Assembly: GCA_963662405.2 (NCBI GenBank)
Contig: CAXXKT010000002.1
Coordinates: forward strand, 224,001-288,000
Reading direction: 5' to 3'
DNA from: Syntrophales bacterium
GTDB taxonomy: Bacteria; Desulfobacterota; Syntrophia; Syntrophales; UBA2210
Length of the DNA stretch: 64,000 bases
Shown: positions 39,644 to 50,012 of the stretch, piece after piece
Position numbering within the stretch: position 1 is the stretch's first letter
How the letters are laid out: every line of letters begins with the position of its first letter
The notes under the pieces: model-generated
What the model saw: only the letters and a program-made list of their open reading frames with translations
What the model was told of the DNA's origin: nothing
Database searches by the model: none
Translations under genes and position numbers: made by a program

Positions 39644-41389
39644 TCATTCGGCCCCCAAGATCCGCGCTTCCCTGTTTATAATCGATTGCACGATGGCCAG
39701 CGTACAGGTATAAGTGGCTTCCACCCCGATATATCCGAGCCGCGAACTCAGGAGACTCGCCCTCATGTTATAGGGAGTGTCTGAAGTGTAGTGAAGAATG
39801 CCGATATCCAGGGAACGGTCCGGCCGAACCCGGACGAGACTTTCCCGAGGCGCGGCATCACCATGGATATATTCATACAGAGCGGACAGATATGGTCCGG
39901 CTTCCATCTCGATCCCGGTATAATCACTCCGGCGAAGGTCCTTGATGAAATCCCGATTGTGGAGAAAGGTCCCGCGGACCGTTACTGATCGCTGATCATC
40001 GAAAACTGCGATATCGCGCAGATAACCGATAAGATTCCGTATGGAGAAACAATTGTTGAGCCGGTATCGATTACGGGTATGTTCATCTCTGATCTCGGAC
40101 GGGATCATAATATCACCCGGCCTGCCGATCATGGCCGCGGATTTTCCCATGATGTATGCACCCCGCAAGTCGTGAGCCCCTCGGGCAATCTCCGACATCA
40201 TATAGTACGCCAAGAATCCCAACGGATAATCGATATTCAGTATGAGAGCCCGGCTCTTTCTCAAGAGAGCCATATTGCGTCGGTCGAGCCGAGCATCGAG
40301 GCAATCTGACCTGATACGGCTCAGATCGACAATCTGGGTCTCTTGGTCGGCAAATTGACCATGTCTGAACCGTTGCACCCCCCCCCGTTCCTCCATCTCC
40401 TTCTGAACGGCACCGTAATTACTCTTTGCCTCCATGAAACAACGCTGGGCATAATAGTAAAAATTCAACCGAGCTTCTTCCTCTTCGTCCCGGAGCCAAT
40501 CCCACCAGCCACACAACTCCTCCGTGTCGTTTTCCAGCACGTAGTCTACCAGTTCATGGCGATAACGATAAGCAAATCCTGAAATGACATTCGCGAGGCT
40601 GTGCGTATTGCTGGAGACCAGGTAGAGCGGGCGATTTTCAATCCCGACATCATGAAAATGAGCCAGGAGATCGTGCCACCAGCTCTCAACCTCCCGCTTA
40701 TACGTACCCTCGTCTGATGAATACATCCTGACACGGAAATTCTTCGGGGCAGAGACGATCGCAGCTATCGTTCGACCCCAGGAATCCCCCCAGAAATCCG
40801 CCAGCATTTCATAATCGGCGGGAGATATGCGCAATACCGTCTTCAATGCGTCCCCCGCTTTCGAATAGGGGACACAACCGTTTTTCAGGTATTCACCGAC
40901 AGTCGATCCCTGTAACCGTTTGTGCATCTTGTTCCATTCGATCTGATAGGCGCACAGGGTCGGGATCAGGTCGTCGATGTCCGATACGCTGGAGGTACAA
41001 ACGGCCAGGGTCTCTCTTCCATCGAAGAATGATCTGCGCCGCCTGGCACGTGCCGGGGCAGGTTCCCATATGCCGATATCTTGACAGCCATACGCCCTCA
41101 GCACATCCTCACTGGATCCGATCAGGACGCGGCTGACCCGATCCAAGCACTCGGGCAGACGCAAGGCGGCATAAAGGAATGCCGAAATCATTATATCGTC
41201 CTCGGCCGCAGCCGGGTGGAGACTGGAAGAAGCAGCCCGATGGATATCTTCAAGATAGTCCAAGGAGATCTCCCCCCCTCCCTGCAATGATGAACGATAG
41301 GAATCGATATACCGCTCGATCATCCTCCCCCTTTCGGGGGGAGGGGACCTGTGCAGGTGTAGACATATATGGGCAAGGGCTCTACGCAT
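39644..41389 (-). CDS. Uncharacterised protein (DUF6909-like from memory) with nucleoside-phosphorylase-like C-terminal motifs
   Basis: 581-aa ORF with YIMGKSA..G..GDIMIP, GIEMEAGP and TSD motifs. Start uncertain. Confidence 0.7.
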   Translation of the reverse strand: MRRALAHICLHLHRSPPPERGRMIERYIDSYRSSLQGGGEISLDYLEDIHRAASSSLHPAAAEDDIMISAFLYAALRLPECLDRVSRVLIGSSEDVLRAYGCQDIGIWEPAPARARRRRSFFDGRETLAVCTSSVSDIDDLIPTLCAYQIEWNKMHKRLQGSTVGEYLKNGCVPYSKAGDALKTVLRISPADYEMLADFWGDSWGRTIAAIVSAPKNFRVRMYSSDEGTYKREVESWWHDLLAHFHDVGIENRPLYLVSSNTHSLANVISGFAYRYRHELVDYVLENDTEELCGWWDWLRDEEEEARLNFYYYAQRCFMEAKSNYGAVQKEMEERGGVQRFRHGQFADQETQIVDLSRIRSDCLDARLDRRNMALLRKSRALILNIDYPLGFLAYYMMSEIARGAHDLRGAYIMGKSAAMIGRPGDIMIPSEIRDEHTRNRYRLNNCFSIRNLIGYLRDIAVFDDQRSVTVRGTFLHNRDFIKDLRRSDYTGIEMEAGPYLSALYEYIHGDAAPRESLVRVRPDRSLDIGILHYTSDTPYNMRASLLSSRLGYIGVEATYTCTLAIVQSIINREARILGAE

Positions 41390-41392
41390 CTA

Positions 41393-42715
41393 TCAAAAAA
41401 AGTGGTCAAGATCGAAAAGAAGAAGGAGTGCAAAGATATCAATCACCATCAGTGTCAATGATATCTGTCGGGTTTTTCCACAGGCCAGTTTAAGAAGGGT
41501 CCAGCTGAGACATCCCCAAATAATTCCATAGGTAATAGAATGGGTCAACGGCATGACAATCATCGCCATGAAAAAGGGGATGGCATCGTCGAACCGCTCC
41601 CACCGGACATATATCAGTGGCCGTAGCATGAAAACACCGGCCAGGACCAGGATGGGTGCGGTGGACACGGGGGGAACAAGGGACAGCAGGGGTGAAAGAA
41701 ACATGAAGGGGATAAAGAGAAGACCCGCTACGACCGCGGTCAGTCCGGTACGACCACCCTCCCGGATCCCTGTTGCGGATTCGATATATGCCGTAGCCGG
41801 GCTGGTACCCATAAGCGCGGACAGCATCACTCCGACTGCATTCACCCGAAGACATTTCACCACATGGCGCGGTTCACCCCTTTCATCGACAAGATCCCCG
41901 GCTTCACACACCCCGACACAGGTGGAAAGGCTGTCAAAGATACAGGTGAAGAGAATGACAAATATGATGAACGATACGGAAAGCCTGGCTGCACCGATGA
42001 TATCAAGACGCATGAGCAGGCTGAAATCAGGCACAGCATACCATCCCTGCCAATTGACAATGGTTCCCTCGCCGGAAGCCGTCCCCCAGAACCGTCCGAT
42101 CGGCCAGGCCAGCACCGTGGTAGCCAGAATGCCGAGGATAAAACTGCCCCGCACCTTACGAACCACCATCACGGCGGTGATCAAAAGACCGACAAGGAAG
42201 GTCAGGGTCGTTGCATCCAGGGTACCGTGGGTCCATCCGCCGCTCTCGGAACTGACTATGAATCCGGCGGATTCGAACCCGATCAGGGCGATAAACAGCC
42301 CGATCCCGCCGGCCAGTCCGTAGCGTAGCATGGGAGGTATGGCGGAAAGCAGTCTTTTCCTTCGGTCGAGAACGGTTAACACAAGGAATACCAACCCCGC
42401 ATTGAATACACATCCCAAGGCCACTTCATACGGGACACCTTCGGAACGGGATATGGCATAGGCGAACAATTGATTGATGCTCATCCCGGGAGCGATAAGA
42501 ATCGGATTATTGGTGTATACACCCATGAGGATGCTGGTAAATGCGCTCACAACCACCGTTGCGGTGAGTACGGCGTTATAGGGCATATCGACCGTCCGAA
42601 GAATGGCGGGATTGACCACAATGATATACATCCCTGACAAAAAAGTGGTCACCCCGGCAAGGATCTCCGTCGGCACATCCGTACCATTGTTTTTTAAGTC
42701 GAAGAAATCAGTCAT
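41393..42715 (-). CDS. NCS2/AzgA-family purine permease
   Basis: EILAGVTTF..YIIVVNPAIL, APGM and YIESATGIREGGRTGLTAVV motifs. Confidence 0.9.
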   Translation of the reverse strand: MTDFFDLKNNGTDVPTEILAGVTTFLSGMYIIVVNPAILRTVDMPYNAVLTATVVVSAFTSILMGVYTNNPILIAPGMSINQLFAYAISRSEGVPYEVALGCVFNAGLVFLVLTVLDRRKRLLSAIPPMLRYGLAGGIGLFIALIGFESAGFIVSSESGGWTHGTLDATTLTFLVGLLITAVMVVRKVRGSFILGILATTVLAWPIGRFWGTASGEGTIVNWQGWYAVPDFSLLMRLDIIGAARLSVSFIIFVILFTCIFDSLSTCVGVCEAGDLVDERGEPRHVVKCLRVNAVGVMLSALMGTSPATAYIESATGIREGGRTGLTAVVAGLLFIPFMFLSPLLSLVPPVSTAPILVLAGVFMLRPLIYVRWERFDDAIPFFMAMIVMPLTHSITYGIIWGCLSWTLLKLACGKTRQISLTLMVIDIFALLLLFDLDHFF

Positions 42716-43044
42716 GTTGATGGGCACATAGGGTTCCCGAGGTTGCCATCGCGCTCTCTCCACCACCGTTCCGTGATCATGAGCCCCTTGAAACTAGCGT
42801 GGCTGAAAACCGGGATACTGATCGAGAGCGCACCATCGTACCTTCCATTCAATAGTGTTAACGATTGCTTCCATTTCACTCCGCCAAGCGCCGGCGTTGG
42901 AGAAAGCAGTAGTGACAAGGGGATCGATGTCGGTTGCGATACAACCGGGCATCACGGACAGTTGTTATGTGATTTTGAATATCTCAAACCAACCGTTTTT
43001 AAGAACAGACACACTTCTTATATCCCCTCATTTTTCGAATCGGA

Positions 43045-44244
43045 TCAGCTGTGATAGAGCGCGTTTATGTCCACATATTCGTGGGAGAGATCGGATGCGA
43101 GCATCCTGAACGATGCCTCACCCATGCCGAGCCGCACCAGGACCCGTATGGTATCCCGTTTCATAACCTTTTCAGCGGCATCTTTCTCTTTGATCCCCCG
43201 ACCGTTTCTAAAGAGAGGGACTTCATCGATAAAGAGTTCCAACGAGTCGGGCGGAAAGGGGATCCCCGTCGATCCCGCCGCCGATATGATCCTTCCCCAG
43301 TTCGGGTCTTCACCGAAAAAGGCCGTCTTGACAAGATTTGAACGTGCAACGGCATACGCTATCGTTTTCGCATCGTGGGCAGTCCGTGCGCCCTCGACAA
43401 CCACCTCGATCACCTTCGTCGCCCCCTCACCGTCCCTCACAATAGCCCGGGCAAGGGATCCCATCACATCGAACAGGGCCTCTCTGAATTGCGTACAATC
43501 AGGCGATCTTTCACCGAGCGTGGCATTGCCGGCGACACCGTTTGCCAGGATGACCGCGGTATCGTTCGTGCTCATGCATCCATCCACCGAGATGCTGTTG
43601 AAGCTTGTGTCGGCCGATTCTCTAAAGAGATGGTTCAGATAGATCCGGTCAATATCGACATCCGTCAGGACAAAGGAGAGCATCGTCGCCATATTCGGTT
43701 CGATCATGCCAGCCCCCTTGGCAACACCGCAAAGGGTGATTTCCTTTCCCCCGACAACACATCTGCGCCGCTCCACTTTCGGGAAGCGATCCGTGGTCAT
43801 AATCCCCTCCGCAACGGCAGAGATACCATCGGAGGTCAGTCCCTCGACGAGAGGGCCTACGGAGCAGGTAATCTTTTCGAGGGGAAGTCTCTCGCCAATG
43901 ATACCGGTAGAGGCCACAAGAACCAGTTCATCCGCTATCCCCAGCTGCCCTGAAACGGCCAATGACATGGCGGCGGCGTCCCGATACCCCTCTTCTCCGG
44001 TCGCTGCATTGGCATTCCCGCTGTTGACCACAATCGCCTGACTCCTGCCGGCCTTGATTCTCTCCATGTCAATGATGATCGGAGCCGCCTTGAAGCGGTT
44101 GGTCGTAAAGACACCTGCCGCGCCGGCTGGGACCTCTGAAAAGATCAGGGCGAGATCTCTCCCTCCCCCGTTCTTTATCCCCGAAGCAACCGAACTCCCT
44201 AAAAAACCCGGAACATGAATAGTCATCGGTTTCATCGTCTCCAT
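43045..44244 (-). CDS. argJ: Bifunctional ornithine acetyltransferase / N-acetylglutamate synthase
   Basis: NSGNANAATG, KGAGMIEPNMATML and DGEGATK motifs. Start uncertain (44226-44265). Confidence 0.96.
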   Translation of the reverse strand: METMKPMTIHVPGFLGSSVASGIKNGGGRDLALIFSEVPAGAAGVFTTNRFKAAPIIIDMERIKAGRSQAIVVNSGNANAATGEEGYRDAAAMSLAVSGQLGIADELVLVASTGIIGERLPLEKITCSVGPLVEGLTSDGISAVAEGIMTTDRFPKVERRRCVVGGKEITLCGVAKGAGMIEPNMATMLSFVLTDVDIDRIYLNHLFRESADTSFNSISVDGCMSTNDTAVILANGVAGNATLGERSPDCTQFREALFDVMGSLARAIVRDGEGATKVIEVVVEGARTAHDAKTIAYAVARSNLVKTAFFGEDPNWGRIISAAGSTGIPFPPDSLELFIDEVPLFRNGRGIKEKDAAEKVMKRDTIRVLVRLGMGEASFRMLASDLSHEYVDINALYHS

Positions 44245-44249
44245 CCCTT

Positions 44250-46772
44250 TCATCTGCCGCAGCAATGTTTGTATTTTTTGCCGCTGCCGCAGGGACAGGG
44301 GGCATTTCGACCGATCTTTTCGCTCTTCCTCTTGACGGTGGCGGGAGCGGCATCACCATCGCCCCGGCTCATCACGTAATCCTTTTTCTGCTTTTCCTCG
44401 ATTCGCTTCACCTGTTCGTCGCTCTGCACCTCCACAATACAGAGCTTCTCCAGGGTATCCGCCTTGATACGATACACCATCTCCATGAACATATCGTACC
44501 CCTCTTTTTGATACTCCCTGACGGGATCCTTCTGCCCGTATCCCCGGAGGCCGATCCCTTCCTTGAGGTGATCCATCCCGAGGAGATGATCCTTCCAGTG
44601 AGAATCGATTGCCTGGAGCATGATGACCCGCATGATGTATTCCATGAGGTCCGCGCCGAATCTCTTTTCCTTGTCGCGGAGTACGTTCATAACGTCAGAC
44701 AGAATCGCTTCAATGGTCCCCTCGCGGGTCACCTCCGCCCCTTCCGCTCCATCAAAGGACCGCCGTATATAAAACTGTTTATATACGGCATCACTCAGGC
44801 CCTGGAGATCCCACTCATCCGGCCGAGCCTTTTCATCGAGATAGTCATAGACTATATCCTCAACAATCTCTTGCAGCATATCATCGATCGTCGCCCACAG
44901 GTCACTCCCGTCAAGAACATTGCGGCGCTGTTCATAGATCACCTGCCTTTGCCGATTCATCACGTCGTCATATTCCAAGAGATGTTTTCTGATATCGAAA
45001 TTCTGTCCTTCAACCCTTCTCTGGGCGCTCTCGATAGCCCTGCTGATGAGTTTGTGTTCGATAGGCTCTCCCGCCTCCACACCGATCCTGTCCATCACGG
45101 ACGATATCCTCTCGGCACCGAAGATCCGGAGGAGATCATCTTCAAGGGACAGGTAAAAACGTGACGATCCTTTGTCACCCTGTCTCCCGGACCGGCCCCT
45201 GAGCTGGTTGTCGATCCGTCTGCTCTCGTGGCGTTCGGTCCCCAAGATATGGAGACCACCCAATTCGGCCACCCCCTCACCCAGCTTGATGTCCGTTCCT
45301 CTCCCCGCCATGTTGGTGGATATCGTAACGGCCCCCGGCTGGCCGGCCTGAGCGATAATCTCCGCCTCTTTTTCATGGTTTTTGGCGTTTAGAACGTTGT
45401 GCTTGATCCCCCGCTTCGCCAGTTGCTTGCTGAGAAGCTCCGATTTTTCGATGGAGATGGTCCCGACGAGGACCGACCGGCCTTGCCCATGCAGATCCCG
45501 TATCTCTTCGATAGCGGCTTCGAACTTCTCCGCCTCCGTCTTATAGATGACATCCGGATGGTCGATCCGTATCATCGGCATATTGGTGGGAACGATAACC
45601 ACTTCGAGGTTGTAGATCTTTTTAAATTCAGTTGCCTCGGTGTCAGCCGTTCCGGTCATCCCCGCCAGCTTTTCATACATCCTGAAATAGTTCTGGAAGG
45701 TAACGGAGGCCAGTGTCTGATTTTCCCTCTCTATTTTGACCTTCTCCTTCGCCTCGAGTGCCTGATGAAGACCGTCGCTGTACCGTCTGCCGGGCATTAC
45801 CCTCCCGGTAAACTCATCCACGATAACAACTTGTCCGTCTTTGACGAGGTAATCGATATCCCTCTTGAAAAGGGTATGCGCCTTCAAGGCCTGGTTCACA
45901 TGGTGAAGTATCTCTATATTCTGAGGTTCATACAGATTCTGAACATTGAGAAGCCGTTCGATCTTGGCCACCCCGTCTTCCGTCAGGACCACCGTCCGAC
46001 TCTTCTCGTCTATCGTGTAATCCAGGTCCCTTTTCAGACGGGGAATGCTCTGGTTGATCCGGTAATATTTATCGGTCGATTCTTCGGACGGCCCGGAAAT
46101 GATAAGGGGGGTCCGAGCCTCATCGATCAGGATACTGTCCACCTCATCGACGATGGCAAAATAGAACTCTCTTTGGACATAACTCCCCAGTTGGAAGCTC
46201 ATATTGTCACGCAGATAATCAAACCCGAATTCGTTATTGGTACCGTAGGTAACATCACAGCGGTATGCATCGCGTCTCTGGGTGTCATCCATGCCATGGA
46301 CAACCACCCCAACAGTCAGACCGAGAAACTCGTAGATGGGCGCCATCCACTCCGCGTCCCTCTTTGCCAAATAGTCATTCACCGTGACTACGTGAACGCC
46401 TTTGCCCGTTAGCGCGTTGAGGTAGACCGGCATCGTCGATGCGAGGGTTTTCCCCTCCCCCGTCTTCATCTCCGCAATCTTACCTTCATGCAGGACAATC
46501 CCTCCGATCACCTGGGCGTCAAAGGGGCGCATCTTCAGCGTTCGCCTTGAGACCTCCCGGACAACGGCGAATGCCTCCATGAGGATATCATCGAGTGAGG
46601 CCCCCCCCGCCAGTTTCTCTTTGAAATAAGGGGTCTTGGCCTTCAGTGCAACGTCGGTCAAACTCTCGATGGAGGGCTCCAGATCGCTCACACCCTGCAT
46701 GATAGAATTCAGGCGTTTGATTTCTCTATCGTTTTTACTTCCAACAATCTTCTTCAACAAATAATTGAACAT
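44250..46772 (-). CDS. secA: Preprotein translocase ATPase
   Basis: [28 protein letters not shown] and C-terminal [12 protein letters not shown]. Confidence 0.98.
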   Translation of the reverse strand: MFNYLLKKIVGSKNDREIKRLNSIMQGVSDLEPSIESLTDVALKAKTPYFKEKLAGGASLDDILMEAFAVVREVSRRTLKMRPFDAQVIGGIVLHEGKIAEMKTGEGKTLASTMPVYLNALTGKGVHVVTVNDYLAKRDAEWMAPIYEFLGLTVGVVVHGMDDTQRRDAYRCDVTYGTNNEFGFDYLRDNMSFQLGSYVQREFYFAIVDEVDSILIDEARTPLIISGPSEESTDKYYRINQSIPRLKRDLDYTIDEKSRTVVLTEDGVAKIERLLNVQNLYEPQNIEILHHVNQALKAHTLFKRDIDYLVKDGQVVIVDEFTGRVMPGRRYSDGLHQALEAKEKVKIERENQTLASVTFQNYFRMYEKLAGMTGTADTEATEFKKIYNLEVVIVPTNMPMIRIDHPDVIYKTEAEKFEAAIEEIRDLHGQGRSVLVGTISIEKSELLSKQLAKRGIKHNVLNAKNHEKEAEIIAQAGQPGAVTISTNMAGRGTDIKLGEGVAELGGLHILGTERHESRRIDNQLRGRSGRQGDKGSSRFYLSLEDDLLRIFGAERISSVMDRIGVEAGEPIEHKLISRAIESAQRRVEGQNFDIRKHLLEYDDVMNRQRQVIYEQRRNVLDGSDLWATIDDMLQEIVEDIVYDYLDEKARPDEWDLQGLSDAVYKQFYIRRSFDGAEGAEVTREGTIEAILSDVMNVLRDKEKRFGADLMEYIMRVIMLQAIDSHWKDHLLGMDHLKEGIGLRGYGQKDPVREYQKEGYDMFMEMVYRIKADTLEKLCIVEVQSDEQVKRIEEKQKKDYVMSRGDGDAAPATVKRKSEKIGRNAPCPCGSGKKYKHCCGR

Positions 46773-46783
46773 AATGACACCAC

Positions 46784-46813
46784 AAAAAAACCCGGCAACA
46801 CAATATTACCGGG
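46784..46813 (-). terminator. Terminator-like hairpin + U7 directly upstream of secA
   Basis: Minus strand CCCGGTAA-tattgtg-TTGCCGGG-TTTTTTT. Confidence 0.6.
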
Positions 46814-46853
46814 AGTGTTTACTCAGACGGGGACCGGACATGGTTGTCAGGGG

Positions 46854-47765
46854 TTAAAACAGGAATCTCCTCGGATCGACATAGGCACCATCCTTACAAA
46901 TACCATAATGCAGGTGAGGACCGGTGCTTCTGCCGGAATTTCCCACATATCCGATAACATCCCCCCTTTTGATCGTCTGCCCCCTCTTGACATCTCCCTT
47001 TCTGAGCAGATGTCCGTACACCGTGACCACACCGTTTCCATGTTTTATCTCGACCATATTCCCCATGCCCCTCTCTTCCTGGACCCTTGAGACTACGCCA
47101 TTTGCAGGGGCTACAATCTCCCTTCCGATCTCGGTGGCAATATCGATTCCCCGGTGAAACTCTCTCTTGCCGGTAAACGGCGAGACGCGGTATCCGAATT
47201 CCGATGTTGTCCAGCCGATCACCGGCCATATGGAGGGGGTTGAAGCCAGTATCGACTTCTGCTTTCCCAGTAAATCGAGAAGCTCCGAAAAACTGTCTCT
47301 TTGAAGGGCGGCACCGTCAAGCAGTTCATCCATATGCTCATGTATCTTCTCGATCAGGGAGGATTCCACCTCTGCCGCACGTGACGAGACCTTTTCATCA
47401 CCGGGAACCGGTCCCCCTATTCCGAGCATCTGGCTGCCGCTTTGATTCTCATCATCGAGATTCGTCATAATGCGAATCTTTCTGTCGAATTGTGCCAGAT
47501 TCAACATGCTTCGCTCGAAATCACTGACCTTACTGGCCAGAAAATCAAGGCGATCCTGTTGTATGGAGGTCAACCGTTCCAAACCGGCAAGCTTTTCCAA
47601 GTCGTTCCGATTCTCGATGTAGTGGTAAGACAAATACCCGATGGAGACGAGCACACTGATAATAAGAACAGAAAAGAATGAGAGAAATAATGAGGAAATA
47701 CGAACCTTCTTGATTGATCCCTTTCCCTGGGGAATAGCAAGAATGGTGTAGTATTTATTGCCCAT
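46854..47765 (-). CDS. M23 family metallopeptidase (TM + coiled coil + M23)
   Basis: HRGIDIA, YGHL and STGPHLHY motifs. Confidence 0.92.
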   Translation of the reverse strand: MGNKYYTILAIPQGKGSIKKVRISSLFLSFFSVLIISVLVSIGYLSYHYIENRNDLEKLAGLERLTSIQQDRLDFLASKVSDFERSMLNLAQFDRKIRIMTNLDDENQSGSQMLGIGGPVPGDEKVSSRAAEVESSLIEKIHEHMDELLDGAALQRDSFSELLDLLGKQKSILASTPSIWPVIGWTTSEFGYRVSPFTGKREFHRGIDIATEIGREIVAPANGVVSRVQEERGMGNMVEIKHGNGVVTVYGHLLRKGDVKRGQTIKRGDVIGYVGNSGRSTGPHLHYGICKDGAYVDPRRFLF

Positions 47766-47914
47766 CCTGGATCCTCTCACGAAACGACAAAACGAACGAC
47801 TCAGCCCCCTGCACCAAAAACCGCATGGCAACCGTCCAGCCGGTTCTCAGGACGCGGCCAATCCCTCTTATCAAGTACGGAAACTCCTGCAGCTGGCTCA
47901 CTGCACCTTGCAGG

Positions 47915-47942
47915 AAGTTACCATAGCCAGATGAAATGTCAA
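47915..47942 (-). promoter_or_regulatory. Putative sigma70 promoter for the M23-secA-argJ unit
   Basis: Minus strand TTGACA-16 nt-TAACTT with an extended TGn. Confidence 0.45.
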
Positions 47943-47958
47943 GGCAAGATTGAAGCCT

Positions 47959-49905
47959 CTACGCCCTTTTTTCAACCGATATGAGGGGGTCCCCCACATT
48001 GATTTCGTCTCCCGGGGATACGTTCACTTCCGCAACCACTCCATTTATCTCGGAGATTACATTGTTGAGCATCTTCATGGCCTCAAGAACAATGAGCGTC
48101 TGCCCCGCAGAGACCTCTTCCCCCTCCGTCACAGGAACCTCGCTGACCGTTCCTTTGATCGGTGACCTGATATCGCCGGATTGCGCCAGCTCATCAATCT
48201 CCTTGGCCGAGAGTGTGGCTTCCTTTCTCTTTGCGCCTCCCTCCGGCTCAAGCTCCGTCAAGATGGGTTCGGGGTGGTGATTAATGTTCAGATACACAAT
48301 GGCATCGCCCGTCTTGGTCGTCTGCTTCGGGCCGATCTCTATGATATGGTGTTTGCCGTAAGCATCGGAGAATTCGAATTTTTCACCAAGGGTAAAGCCT
48401 CCCTTCTTGAACCACACACCGGGGGACAAAACCCACGCCTTGCCGTACTTTTCTTCGAATTTTAAAAAGTTCACGGCATCATTCGGGTGCTGAAGGTACA
48501 GGACAAATTCGTCCTCCGAGGCGGTACGCCCGAGGCGGTGCTCAAGCACCTTTTTCTCCACCGCCAGATCAATATCATCAATCTTCTGGTACCCTTTCTC
48601 CCTCTCTACGATCGTCTTCCAATCCGGACCGAATACCGCCTCATACACATCATCGGGAGGCTGATAAAAGGGGAGAGCACCGTACCGCCCCAGCATCAGG
48701 TTTTTCAGATCGTCATTCGCTTCTTTATATCTCTTTCCACTCAAGACATTGCTGACGGCCGTGGTCCACAGGATCTGAGAACCGGGGGTGACGCTCCACC
48801 AGTTTCCCAGTTCGGTCTGAACACGGGGCAGCTCCTGCTGAAGGATCTCCGACATGAGGGGCAGAAAATCGCCCTTGACCGCCTGCTCGAAGCTCGATCC
48901 CGTCGCCCCGCCAGGAAGCTTGTGGGTCTGAACCGTGGGATCGAAACCGAGAAACTGTGACTCGAAGTCCTTGTAATGCTCGCGCTCCGGGCGCAGTTTG
49001 TTGGAGGTGTCGACAACGGCCTGCCGGTCGATCCCCAATGCCCGATGGCCATACTCCTCCAGCGTATCGATCACCGTCAGTATCGGCGGAGGACCATAGA
49101 AACCGGTGAAGGCATGATCCGCCGCATCCACAATCTTTGCCCCGTTTCGAACGGCTTCAATGATTCTTCCCACATCGTTTCCGTCCGTGTTATGGCCGTG
49201 GTAATGGACGATGAGATCCGGATACGCATCCAGGATGGCCCGTACCAGGTCGCCGATTCTCTTGGATGATCCCAGTCCGCCGTGGTTCTTGATGCAGAGA
49301 ATAATATCCTCGCCGGTGACGGTCAGGATCTCTTTCACCTTCTTGACATAAAACGCGTCGGTGTGCTCCGGTCCCGTCGAAAAGCAGATCGAGGGTTCCA
49401 AGATGCAGCCCGCATCTTTTACCTCTTCAAAGACCGCCGTCATGTTGGGGATATAATTCAGAAAATCAAAGACCCTCCAGACATGGACATAGCGGGCAAA
49501 ATTTCGGACCGTCAATCGGATCACATTCTCGGGATAGGGGCGGTAGCCGAAGAGATTGATTCCCCTGCAGAGTGTCTGAAACATCGTATCGGGCATGAGC
49601 GCACTGAGCATCTCCAGTTTTTCCAGGGGACTGATCTGTCTCCGGAGCATATCAACGTGAACGGAAGCCCCCCCCGTTATCTCAAGGGAAAAATAGCCGG
49701 CGTCGTTCCGCTCTTTCGAGACGAGGATCTGGGTGTGGGGCATGATCCGGTTCTTGAAGTCTGACTGCGAAAGATCCCGTTCCGTATTCGTTATGTAATA
49801 CCCCTCGCCGGCCCTGACCCTGCCGAGGACGTGGGCCGCTCCGCTCTCCCGTAGATCCCGGGGCGTAATCCGTTCACTGATGCCCTGCTGGTTCACCATT
49901 GTCAT
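47959..49905 (-). CDS. pycB: Pyruvate carboxylase-type carboxyltransferase/biotin carrier subunit
   Basis: HxH metal site, LPGG, VTPGSQI and C-terminal EAMKM biotinyl domain. Confidence 0.85.
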   Translation of the reverse strand: MTMVNQQGISERITPRDLRESGAAHVLGRVRAGEGYYITNTERDLSQSDFKNRIMPHTQILVSKERNDAGYFSLEITGGASVHVDMLRRQISPLEKLEMLSALMPDTMFQTLCRGINLFGYRPYPENVIRLTVRNFARYVHVWRVFDFLNYIPNMTAVFEEVKDAGCILEPSICFSTGPEHTDAFYVKKVKEILTVTGEDIILCIKNHGGLGSSKRIGDLVRAILDAYPDLIVHYHGHNTDGNDVGRIIEAVRNGAKIVDAADHAFTGFYGPPPILTVIDTLEEYGHRALGIDRQAVVDTSNKLRPEREHYKDFESQFLGFDPTVQTHKLPGGATGSSFEQAVKGDFLPLMSEILQQELPRVQTELGNWWSVTPGSQILWTTAVSNVLSGKRYKEANDDLKNLMLGRYGALPFYQPPDDVYEAVFGPDWKTIVEREKGYQKIDDIDLAVEKKVLEHRLGRTASEDEFVLYLQHPNDAVNFLKFEEKYGKAWVLSPGVWFKKGGFTLGEKFEFSDAYGKHHIIEIGPKQTTKTGDAIVYLNINHHPEPILTELEPEGGAKRKEATLSAKEIDELAQSGDIRSPIKGTVSEVPVTEGEEVSAGQTLIVLEAMKMLNNVISEINGVVAEVNVSPGDEINVGDPLISVEKRA

Positions 49906-50012
49906 TCCTTTCAGCTCTCAACGCCTTATCTCTTCATGAGCCCCGCTGCGCGGGATACGTGCGCTCACAAAAACCCTCCTCGCAAAAACTGCGGGAAACG
50001 ATTTCCAAATCA

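Noticed and set aside
42716..43044. Possible purine riboswitch upstream of the AzgA permease (hairpins near 42879-42902 and 42926-42953)
   Set aside because: No purine-riboswitch core (UAUAA..GAUAUGG..UUUCUACC..CCGUAAA) on the minus strand; the hairpins alone are insufficient.
47770..47915. SRP/6S/tRNA gene in the intergenic region
   Set aside because: No SRP GGAA-loop core, tRNA cloverleaf or 6S-like long stem recognisable; treated as a 5' UTR.
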